From Octopus vulgaris (Eukaryota), in assembly GCA_951406725.2 (NCBI GenBank), contig OX597815.1:82460001-82524000 (forward strand): a stretch of 64,000 nucleotides of DNA, written 5' to 3'. Shown here in pieces: positions 52,998-64,000 of the stretch; the first letter of the stretch is position 1, and the number at the start of each line of letters is the position of its first letter. The translations under genes and the position numbers were made by a program. Below the pieces are notes generated by a model. The model had not been told where the DNA came from. It did not search any database and worked only from the letters and a program-made list of their open reading frames with translations.

Positions 52998-53821
52998 GCC
53001 AGCCTGTCTATATCTGTGTCCATCTATTGAGTTTTCAGATAAATTCGTTTGTTTGTCTGTGACCGGTGTCTCACTAACATTCTGGGGGCAAATTTCAATA
53101 TTGGTCTTCTTCTTAGTCAGATGGAGCCCATTATTTCTATTAGTTCTCTTCACCAATTTTTTTTGGAAACTCTCCAAAATATAACTTCCCCAGTGTTGTA
53201 CTAACCCACTCTTTCGATTTCCTTATTTCCTTTTCTCTCACAATCTATCATCAAAGACTTAGAACAATTCTTCGAAGAAAGGATCCAATCAAAAACTTTT
53301 GGCAGAAATGTGGCATTAATGGCACAAAGATTAAAAGGAAATTGAAAGAATTGCACTTGTCAGTCGTCAAAATAGAATATTGGTGAATTGTTCTTGTAGA
53401 TGTTCTTGTTTTGATTGCAGTTGTTGTTAGTGTTGTTGTTGTATTGTGTTGTGAATATAATTAGTTGTTTTTGCATCTGACATTGTCTTCATTCTTTTTA
53501 TCATTTAGCATCCCCTACCTATCCTTCGCCATCGTCGTTTTTCATCATCATAATCATGATGATGATGATGATTATCATGATGATCATGATCATGATAATC
53601 ATCACTAGCTGCAACAGTAGCAGCAGCAGCAGCAGCGGTAGTGGCAACGACAGTAGCAACTGCGGAAACAGCGGTGTTGGGAACAGCGAGCACGGCATCA
53701 GCGGTGGCAGCAGCTGCGGTGACATGAATAGCGGCGGCTGCAACAGCAGCGGCAGAAACAGCAGCAGCAGCAACAGCAGCGGCACCAACAGCAGCGGTAG
53801 AAGTAGCAACATCCCTTCTGC

Positions 53822-53894
<73 letters not shown>

Positions 53895-54878
53895 TTCCAT
53901 AATATTACTGTAGTTTTTTTCCTTCTTGTTGATATTATTGTTAACGCCGTTGTTGCTTTCTTATTACAATAATTGCAGTTGCCTGTTATATTTCTTTTAA
54001 TTGCTGTTATTAATATCATTTAATTAATTTTGCTGCTGTTGTTGTTGTTGTTGTTGTTTTCGGTGCTGATGTTCCTCTTATTATTATTATCTTTCTTGCA
54101 ACAAGTTTCCGTTCTTCATCATCTTTTTTTTCGCAACGGTTTGCTGCTGTAATTGTTTTTATTAGTATTATCGTTGATGTTCTTCTTTCTATCGTTATTA
54201 CCGTCTTCATCATCGTCATCGTTTCTCTTTTTTTTTTTTTTAGCTGGCGTTGCTTTAAGTTGAAGTGGTTGGCATTTTCAATAATTTTAGGCTGTTCAGG
54301 TGTGCAAATAACGTTAAAGCTAATCCCATCTCTCTCACTGCCCTACACCATAGCTCACCACAACCACTAATAATAGTACGCTATCAGCTACGACACACAA
54401 CATATTCAAAACTGTCACACTTTGGGAAAACAATAAAAACGACAACAGCAAAAAAGAAACAAGCAGAAAGCCCAATAACAACAATAATAGAAAACACTGT
54501 ATGATAATCACATTAACGAAATCATATTTTAAAGAGATGTTTATTTTTTTTTTATTTGTTACGATATTATATACTGGTGGGTAGGTTAGTTGTACGAATG
54601 CTGTTATATGCAAATTGTCGAGGCACAGTTTGCAGCTGAATGCTTATCCTCAAAAGATGAAGGTGTAAATGGTTTTTGAATCCTTTTAAGAAATATAAGA
54701 AGTTACAGCATTTAAAATCTGACTTCGTAACGCTAAGACGGATGATAGGAGATTAATCTTTTCACACTGAATGATGCACTCAAGATATGATGCCAGTCCA
54801 TCGCTGATGCTCTGGTAACTTAAAGCTGTCAGCTTACTGGATTCAAGAATGTGACATTAGAAGATTACTCAATGCACA

Positions 54879-54922
<44 letters not shown>

Positions 54923-55015
54923 TGTACGCACGCACGAACACACACACATACATACACGCACGCACGCAAACACGTACACATCTACAGGCATGCAGGCACA
55001 TGCATATGCTTTTGA

Positions 55016-55177
55016 GTGTATGCCTATATGTATGTTTGAATGTAATATGTGTCTGTGTGCATACACACATGCACTCATAATATATATATATATATATATA
55101 TATAAATATATATTATGAGTGCATGTGTGTATGCACACAGACACATATTACATTCAAACATACATACAGGCATACAC
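55016..55177. repeat. Inverted repeat with ~66-bp arms centred on (TA)n
   Basis: 55016-55081 is the reverse complement of 55112-55177 with one mismatch. Confidence 0.92.
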
Positions 55178-55220
55178 ACGTGTGTGTGCGCGTAATTGCA
55201 TATAAAATTATATATATTTA

Positions 55221-55374
55221 GTGGCTGTGTGGTAAGTAGCTGGCTTACCAACCACATGGTTCCGGGTTCAGTCCCACTGCGTGGTACCTTGGGCAAGTGT
55301 CTTCTACTATAGCCTCGGGCCGACCAAAGTCTTGTGAGTGGATTTGGCAGTCGGAAACTGAAAGAAGACCGTCG

Positions 55375-55380
<6 letters not shown>
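55221..55380 (+). mobile_element. SINE family A, 5' half
   Basis: gtggctgtgtggtaagtagc..gggttcagtcccactgcgtgg; another 5' half at 55790-55950. Confidence 0.88.
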
Positions 55381-55416
<36 letters not shown>

Positions 55417-55484
55417 TACACACACACACACACATATATATGTATATATATATATATATATATAAATATATATTTATATATATA

Positions 55485-55713
55485 TTTCTTTACTACTCAC
55501 AAGGAGCTACACACAGAGGGGACAAACAAGGACCGACGAACGGATTAAGTCGATTACATCGACCCCAGTGCGTAACTGGTACTTAATCTATCGACCCCGA
55601 AAGGATGAAAGGCAAAGTCGACCTCGGCAGAATTTGAACTCGGAACGTAACGACAGATGAAATACGGCTACGCATTTCGCCCGGCGCGCTAACGTTTCTG
55701 CCAGCTCACCGCC
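55485..55713 (-). mobile_element. SINE family B, full length
   Basis: Reverse complement of the 51358 head plus one body. Confidence 0.9.
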
Positions 55714-55714
55714 T

Positions 55715-55755
<41 letters not shown>

Positions 55756-56023
55756 GTGTGTGTATTTGTATAAAAAATTATACATCTATGAGTGCGTGGC
55801 TCTGTGATAACAAGCTTCCTTCTCAACTATATGGTTGTGGCCTCAGTCTCACCGCGTGGCACCTTGGGAAAGTGTCTTCTTCTATAGCCTCGGGCCCACG
55901 AAAGCCTTGCGAGTGGATTTGGTTGGCGGAAACTGAAAGAAGCCCGTTGTATATATATGTATATATATATATATATATACAACGGGTTTCTTTCAGTTTT
56001 CATATATATACATATATACATAC

Positions 56024-56085
<62 letters not shown>

Positions 56086-56714
56086 TCTTTCAACTCTAGG
56101 CACAAAGCCCTTATATGTATGTGTGTGCGCGCGGGCGGGTTTCTATTTGTGTGTTTGTGTCTGTGTATGTTCTCCCATTATCGCTTGACAACCGATGTTA
56201 AAAGATTAAAAAGTCAAATATTTATATATATGTTGTTGAACATAAGTGCGAGCGTTCCAGCCATAGAAACAGTCTCGTCGTCTTTCCTGAAGGAGTGCAA
56301 CCATGATTAATATACTTTCTAGTGTGTTCTTTTCTAAAAGACTGGGGTATGACTAATACCGAATCCACCTGCCTGTTCTTGTGGGTCGAATGACCATGAA
56401 GAGTCCTCTTCGATGTTTTGTATAAGTGGCATACAGTAGCGTTGACCTCATGATTGCTATGCTGGTAGCCCCGATCAACTCAGCAATATTGATTCTTCAT
56501 AAAGTTATTAGAGCAGCTGTTACACATCTATTGTCTAACTAGACGCTGGACTCATTGCGACATTTGATCAAGATTTATAATTATCATCGCGAAATTTCAT
56601 TTAAAAGTTAGAAAACAAACATAGATTACCATATGAGAACTCTATTAGAGTTACATGTAAATTACCACAGAGCTAAATCTAAGATTTGTTTGCGATACCA
56701 AGATGCGTCTATTA

Positions 56715-56897
56715 TTTATTCTTTTATTTGTTTCAATCGTTTGACTGTGGCTATGCTGGAGCATCGCTTTTAGTCGAAGAAATCGACCACAGGGCTTATT
56801 CTTTGTAAGCCTGGTACGGAAACGTAAACATATTAACATAGGTTGTCAAGCGATGGTTGGTGGGGGACACCGACACAACGGTATACACATAAATACA

Positions 56898-56962
<65 letters not shown>

Positions 56963-57078
56963 GTATATACTCACACAACAGGCTTCTTTCAGTTTCCGTC
57001 TACCAAATCCACTCACAAGTCTTTGGTCGGCTCAAGTGTTTGGGAAACAATCTGCCTACCACACAGCTACGCCTGCGC
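56715..57078 (-). mobile_element. SINE family A with internal deletions
   Basis: Tail, body and head segments match 57657-58061 in reverse. Confidence 0.8.
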
Positions 57079-57656
57079 GTATGAGGAGAATATCAATGAC
57101 TCAGTTTGTTGCTTTCTGTACCGACTCAGAAGTAATCATTTTAATATATGATATGCTCAATGAGTTCAATTTGGTATAAGAGCGTTAGAAATTTAACAGA
57201 AGTGGTATTTCTGCAGTAGGTAACACGATGTCTGGAAGGTAATAAACCAGTAGATCAAATCTTACTCGAGAGTAGATAATCGCAACTGGTCACGGTATCA
57301 CAGTCAGCTGGGTCTAAATTTTTTATTGTGGTCTGTATATCTTACTCCTTAGCTTTAAACTCGAGTACCATCACACTTTCTATGTAGCTTAAAATAATTT
57401 TAATGGCCTCTTAAAGCAACGAGGAATTCCTCCATCTTATAAATTGTAGATTCATTAATTAGATAGGTGAATCTCTAGACCCATTAGATTTTTAGGAGTG
57501 TCACGAAACCTTTCTTTTTACTTTGTGCTTGCAAAGACATAGCAACATTTGGGCGAAGCTCTGTCTTCTTCAAGCTATATATCTTACAGCTTAGCTTTAA
57601 ACTCGAGTACCATCATATTTTCTATGTAGCTCGGAATAATTTTATTGGTTTTTATA

Positions 57657-58061
57657 GGCGCAGGAGTGGCTGTGTGGTAAGTAGCTTGCTAACCAACCAC
57701 ATGGTTCCGGGTTCAGTCCCACTGCGTGGCATCTTGAGCGAGTGTCTTCTGCTATAGCCCCGGGCCGACCAAAGCCTTGTGAGTGGATTTGGTAGACGGA
57801 AACTGAAAGAAGCCTGTCGTATATATGTATATATATATATGTGTGTGTGTGTTTGTGTGTCTGTGTTTGTCCCCCTAGCATTGCTTGACAACTGATGCTG
57901 GTGTGTTTACGTCCCCGTAACTTAGCGGTTCGGCAAAAGAACCGATAGAATAAGTACTGGGCTTACAAAGAAAAGTCCCGGGGTCGATTTGCTCGACTAA
58001 AGGCGGTGCTCCAGCATGGCCGCAGTCAAATGACTAAAACAAGTAAACGAGTAAAAGAGTA
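57657..58061 (+). mobile_element. SINE family A, full length (tRNA head, CORE-like segment, internal microsatellite, LINE-derived tail)
   Basis: A-box tggctgtgtgg, B-box gggttcagtccc, tail ggcggtgctccagcatggccgcagtcaaatgact, terminal (gagtaaaa) repeats. Confidence 0.92.
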
Positions 58062-58232
58062 AATAGGAAATACTCAATTTTTTTAAAATGTAGATTTATT
58101 AATTAGATTTTTAGCAGTGTCACGAAATATTTCTTTTTACATCGTAACTATTCCTTTTGTTTGAGTTGTTTGAATTTATTAATATTTTCCATGTGTTCGT
58201 TCAAGTAATCTATTGAGTTTACAGCCGTAGAC

Positions 58233-58290
<58 letters not shown>

Positions 58291-58480
58291 AACGTCATAA
58301 CAATGCATATACTGCAGAGTGTAATTATTTCCAGCCGGTCAAGCAACAGCGTAATATAATCACGGATGTACAAAAAGACATACAGCCTTAGGTAAATGGC
58401 CAGTGATCATAAGTCTGCTCGACTCTGGTTGGCGTAAGGCTAAAATATCAACAATATCTGAATTATAATCTTATCTACTG

Positions 58481-59135
58481 TTGGCACAAGGCCTTGAAGT
58501 TTGAGATTGGAGTCTTAGTCGATTGCATCGGCCCCAGAACTCAACTGGTACTTATGTTATTGATACTGAATAGATAAAAGGTAAAGTCGACCTCGGTGGT
58601 ATTTGAACCCAGAAAGTAAAGAAAGACAACATGCCGCAAAGCAATTTGTCCGCTGTACTAACTTTTCCACCACCTCACCGCCTTAGCAAGCTCTGAGTAG
58701 TGATGGTTTCACAGTTTGGCACAAGATCAGTAACTTTGGGGTAGGGTGCAAGTCGATTACCTCGACCCACGAGCTCAGCTGGTATTTATTTTATCGACTC
58801 CGAAAGGGTAAAAGGCAAAGTTAACCTCGCCGGAATTTGAACCTAGAATGTGAGGAAGGGCGAAATGCCGGAAAGCACTTTTGCCCGGAATGCTAACGAT
58901 TCTTATTTCTTTACTACCCACAAGGGGCTAAACACAGAGGGGACAAACAAGGACAGACAAAAGGGATTAAGTCGATTACATCGACCCCAGTGCGTAATTG
59001 GTACTTAATTTATCGACCCCGAAAGGATGAAAGGCAAAGTTAACCTCGCCGGAATTTGAATCTAGAATTTGAAGACGGACGAAATGCCGGAAAGCACTTT
59101 TGCCCAGAATGCAAACGATTCTGCCAGCTCGCTAC
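58481..59135 (-). mobile_element. Cluster of three family B-type SINEs
   Basis: Repeated gtcgatt.c.tcg.ccc..ctggta.tt.....atcgac.ccgaaagg...aaaggcaaagt blocks at ~58520, 58752 and 58970. Confidence 0.85.
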
Positions 59136-60290
59136 CTTCGCTCTGAGAAATAATAACTCGTGATAAAGCAATAAGAAAAGAAGACTGTCACATAGTACTT
59201 CAACAGAAAAATCCCATAAAATAAAAACAACAGCTGAACTTCACCTTGCTACACGTTTAACGAAGTCCGCTGAATGCCATGAAATATTTGGTTCAGACAT
59301 CTGGTGAAAGAAATATGGCAACCACGAGGAATCTAAGGAGGTCACAGTCACTAGTCTCACACTTCACATACAATAAGCTGCAAAAACTTATTGCATTACT
59401 TGATTTTCGAGAGTACGATGTTTGGAAGTGAGTTACATATACGTATTACTTAACATACAACTATGTACAAAAATATTAGAGTTTGTTCATTTTATACCGT
59501 TAAGTCTTTAGGTGTAGGTTATTGGCCTCCGGATTAGCGCAGTAAATATAAAAACAGAAGAAAAAAATAAAAGAAAAGAAGAAAACAAAATGAAATACGA
59601 AATCTACAAAATAAAAGCATTGCGTACTTTAATTAAGAAGAAATTGCACTTGACAATTACCATGTCAATACACATTCCAGACCCCTTACCAAAATCTAAA
59701 CGTTTAATTTGCTGTATTGAATTAGTTAAGTAATTTGTTGGACTACTGTTCATTCTCACTTTTTCTACCTCACCTTCTCTCCCTCTCCGTATATCTGTCT
59801 CTCTCTCTCTCCCAAACTCTCTCTCACTTTCATTCTCTCTCTCACACTCACTCTCACTCACACTCTCTTTCTCTCTCTTTCATTCACATTCTCTCTCTCA
59901 TGCTCACTCTTACTCACACTCTCTTTCTCTCTCTTTCATTAATATTCTCGCTCTCTTTCTCTTTCAATCACTCTCACACTCTCTCTCTCTTTCATTCATT
60001 CTGTCTCTCTTTCTCTCTCTCATTTCCTTCTCTCTCTCACACCCACTCTTTCTCTAACTCACTCTTTCTCACACTCTCACTCTCTCACTCGCTCTCTCCC
60101 TCTCTTTCATACCCTCTTCCCCTTTTCTCTCTCTCTTCCTTCTCTTCTCCCCATTTTATTTCTTCCTTTTTCATACAAAATGTCTGTTCATAAGCTGAAA
60201 TTAAAGGAACCAACCTAACTTGGATAAATCTTAGGCATGAAATAATGTAACTAAGAAATGTGCTACATCATGTGTATGTGTGTGAATGGG

Positions 60291-60338
<48 letters not shown>

Positions 60339-60867
60339 CGTATATATATGTGTCTGTATGCCTTTATGTATAATGCTAACGAAAAGAAAAAAAGAAGCAA
60401 AATTATCAAATAAACAAATTAAAAAAAAAAGATATGCGACATACTATGCAAGTTAATTAGATATTTAACAAGTCATTCTAGAAGTAATTTGGAAAGATAT
60501 TTTATTTCCAAGCGGGTTGGTTAAGTCGAGAGAAAAAAAAACAACAACAAAAGAACAGGAAGTGATGTACTGAATGCACACACACCACAACCTAGCGGTA
60601 TTTAGATGAAATATCAGCTAAAACGAGACTGGAATATTGCTCGCAGTTCATCTAATGTTCTCAGTGTTCTTACAGATGTTTCATAACGTTACCTTCTTCT
60701 GGAACACAATAGCCACTTTTACGTCGAAGTTCTCTTTACTGACGTCAGCGTCGTCAGCGTCGTCAGCGTCGTCAGCGCCGTTATCCTCGTCGCTGTCCTT
60801 GACGTTGTCGCCATCTTCGTTGTTGTCATCGGCATCGTCGACCGCCATGTCGTCTGCTCACCTTCGT

Positions 60868-60876
60868 TATCATCAC

Positions 60877-60968
<92 letters not shown>

Positions 60969-60978
60969 CCATCACCAC

Positions 60979-61039
<61 letters not shown>

Positions 61040-61115
61040 TTCATCGTCGTCGTCGTCGTCATCATCATCATCATCGTCGTCGTCGTCGTCGTCGTTGTCG
61101 TTGTCGTCATCATCA
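60868..61115. repeat. (CAT/CGT)n microsatellite
   Basis: Directly visible; explains the poly-His ORF. Confidence 0.97.
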
Positions 61116-62134
61116 TAATTGCTATGAATACAACGTCTACCACAGCATTTGTCCAACTCCTCCTCCGTTTTCTCACCTCCTCCTCGCCTTCTTTCTCGTC
61201 CTCTTCCTCTTCTTCCTCCCCATCCACCGCTTAATCCCTACGCACCTACACTTCCTCTTCCTCATCTTCCTTCCCCTCCTCCTTCTCCACCTCTCCATCA
61301 TCATCATCATCGTTGTCGTCGTCGTTGTCGTCGTCGTATCTACGAACTAAAGTACACCTGGCCATTGCAAGCATCATTATCTTCATCCTCATCTTTATTA
61401 TCAGCATTACCTGAAAGATTATGATGATAATTACGATCAAGGTGATGATGCTGGCGCTCCTGTTGTTGTCATTTCTGTTTTTGTAGTTGGTCTTTCTATA
61501 AAAGGTGTTGATGCTATTATTGTCGGTGGCGTTTCTCTTATGTTATCATGCTATTTTTGCTGGCTTCGGTGATGAAGTTTCTCTTATTGTAACTAATGTT
61601 GAAATGGTGATGGTATTTCACCATCATCATCATCATCATCATCATCCTCATCACATCATCCTCATCATCATCATCATCATCCTCATATTCAACATTATCA
61701 TCATCATCATCATCATCATCATTATTATCATCATCATCATCATTATCATCATCATCATCATCGTCATCGTCATCGTCATCGTCTATATCACTGTCATAAA
61801 TATCACTTGTATTAATTTTTCTAGCAACGCTTGCGAGCACCGATGGTTCAAATGAGGATTTCAAAATTCTGTACAAGCCCAGTAATTTTAAGTGGTGGTG
61901 TTTTAGTCGATTACATCGACCTCACTGGTTCGATCGGTGCTTATGTTATAGAAAGCAGGGAAATAAGACGCACTGTCGATCAACGCGGAATTTGAACTCA
62001 TAACATAAAGAGCCGGATGAGATGTCACAAAGAATTTTTCCCCGACACGCTAACCACTCTGTCAGATCACCGATTTGAGTAACCACATCATCATCATCAT
62101 CAAGAACAACAACATCCAGCGTTTCAAGATCCAT

Positions 62135-63290
62135 GAAGACGGTATGCTGTCAAAGGCCTTTTTATTATCAATCCATGCAGAACTGAGATTTCTGCGTTTG
62201 TTACTACAGTTCTTAAGGATCATGTGATTGATTAAGAGTTGGTCTTTGCATCCATGTGAGCCTCGTCGGTACCCTTTTTTGTTGAGTGGGGAAAATATCG
62301 TTTTGTTCCATAAATTTGCTTGTTTTCGTCACGAGGACGGATATTAAAATTTTATATGTGGTAGATAGACATGCTATGGGTCAATATTTTGGGGAAAATT
62401 TGGTTTCATTTTTCTTGGGCACTAGGAATATAACACCGCTTGCTAACCAATCAGGTGTTTTCTTAGTATCTCTCATAATTTCATTAAATAAGTGGACTAG
62501 CTTTTCGTGTGCGTAGCGGAGCGATGTGAGTCAGAAATTTGACACCCTATAATTTACCAGGAGATATCCACTTATGAACCTTCGTGATAGTCATCCTTAG
62601 GTCTACTATTGTGACGTCTTCCCATGCTTGTTGAGGTAAGTTCTGGCAGGATCCTTCTCTGCGTCTAATCCAGTCTGCATTTTCATTGTGAGTGATTTCA
62701 TCACTACAAATATATTTCTAAAAGTTTTCCATGGGAGTGGTGGGGTATTCAGCGGTTATTTTCTCCTTCCCTAATTCTCTGCAGAATGTTTTCGCATTGG
62801 ATGTGAACAGCTTATTTTGGTAGTAAAATGTCTTTTCTCAAATATTCGTATTCTTTGAGTTTTTGCATGGACTTTTTGTCGCAATGTTTCCTTTGCTGAA
62901 AGCGGTTCTTCTCTTGGTGAGAAAATGTTTTCTCTTCATCTGTCTTCCTTTTCTGGATTTTACACCGTTTCCTCAGATTAGTTCAATCAATATTAATATT
63001 TCACTTCTCATTCAATATTAATATTTCACTTCTCATTATTCAATCTCTTTTTCAATTTTACACCTCCAGTTTGGAATCCTCAGGTTTGTACGTCTTCACG
63101 TTTTTCAGTGGTGTACAACTGGTTTCAATTGTCTTAGTAGCTGCGTAAATAATTTCGTTTAATTCAGTGGGATCTGATTTTAGTTCTTGTATAATTTCTT
63201 TTCTTAAATACTTACCAATTTTAATATGTTTTCTATTTTGAACTGTATTTGAAAGTTTATGAAGTGGTTCTCTATCATACATAATGGCGT
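62135..63290 (-). mobile_element. Decayed R4/Dong-type LINE, N-terminal and RT region
   Basis: ELNEIIYAATK.., YRPI-like region, RRGSHGCKDQLLINHMILKNCSNKRRNLSSAWIDNKKAFDSIP at ~62140-62270. Confidence 0.8.
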
Positions 63291-63375
63291 GTCTTATAAC
63301 TCCAAGCTAGCTCAGAATTTTCTGCTTCATTTCTCTCGAAGTCTCTCTATGTTGTTCAGTAAATGTGTATATTAC

Positions 63376-63426
<51 letters not shown>

Positions 63427-63589
63427 GATCATCATCATCTGTATACAGTGGAAGAAAGGAAGGAAAACAGAGCGAGAAAATAAGATATACAAAATAAACA
63501 AGTAAAGAAAGAAAATAAAGCGTGTGGGGGGGGGGAGGAATTCACAGTGACAATGCTCTTCACAATACGTGTGACATACCAGATAAGAC

Positions 63590-63955
63590 AATCTTTTGTA
63601 CGTTCTGTTTGGATTCTAAGCCAGGTATCATTATTACGTAATCTTTTGTTCCTTGTTTGATCATTCCAAGTGCTCCTACAATCATTGGTACTGTAACCAT
63701 ATAGAGGTGCACATCTTTTTGATTTCGATGAGCAAATCTTTATATTTTGAGTTTATCAAATTCTTTTGTCGAGATATTATGGTCACAGAATATTCTCATT
63801 TCAATTAATAAACATACCTTATTGTTTTGGTCTTTCACAACAATATCTGGTTTGTTTGCTTTGGTGGTCCAGTCTGTACATACTGGAAAGTCCCAAAGAG
63901 TAGTTACATTTTCTCCCCCAGTTACAGCCTCAAGGTGGTGCTTGTACCATTTGTC
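63590..63955 (-). mobile_element. R4/Dong-type LINE RLE endonuclease fragment
   Basis: WYKHH.EAV..ENVTTLWDFPVCTD.TTKANKPDIVVKDQNNKVCLLIEM.I.CDHNISTKEFDKL (PD..D/E..K type), then IVGALGMI. Confidence 0.85.
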
Positions 63956-64000
63956 TACCAAATCCACTCACAAGGCTTTGGTCAGCCCGAGGCTATAGTA

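Noticed and set aside
60637-61350. 237-aa poly-His ORF, and similar IY, VC, ER, LS and poly-D/T ORFs throughout
   Set aside because: Translations of microsatellites with no domain motifs.
62986-63037. 25-bp tandem duplication, also the 12-bp triplication near 25131
   Set aside because: Ordinary slippage with no spacers, so not CRISPR-like.

Overview
AT-rich, microsatellite-dense eukaryotic non-coding DNA. The SINE families and repeat landscape suggest an octopod cephalopod, which is an inference from recall and not a database result. No host gene can be supported; most ORF-track entries are translated microsatellites. Recognisable content: one nearly intact Penelope-like retroelement (PLE; RT + GIY-YIG, 18620-21985, minus), a second PLE endonuclease fragment, a 5'-truncated RTE LINE, several R4/Dong-type (RLE) LINE fragments beside (CATA)n or (TAA)n, decayed mariner, hAT and Gypsy copies, three non-autonomous Helitron pieces, many tRNA-derived SINEs and a half tRNA-Gly pseudogene. 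The main signal not visible in the ORF track is about ten type I hammerhead ribozyme motifs (intact or decayed) from at least five families, nearly all with a family-specific palindromic stem III. They lie in a 478-bp tandem repeat and in several 'fold-back hairpin plus one-sided tail' elements inserted in or beside (TA)n tracts. One fold-back derives from the 3' terminal repeat of the coding PLE 10 kb away. That PLE also has two overlapping ORFs joined at a U-UUU-UUU heptamer, a candidate -1 ribosomal frameshift.
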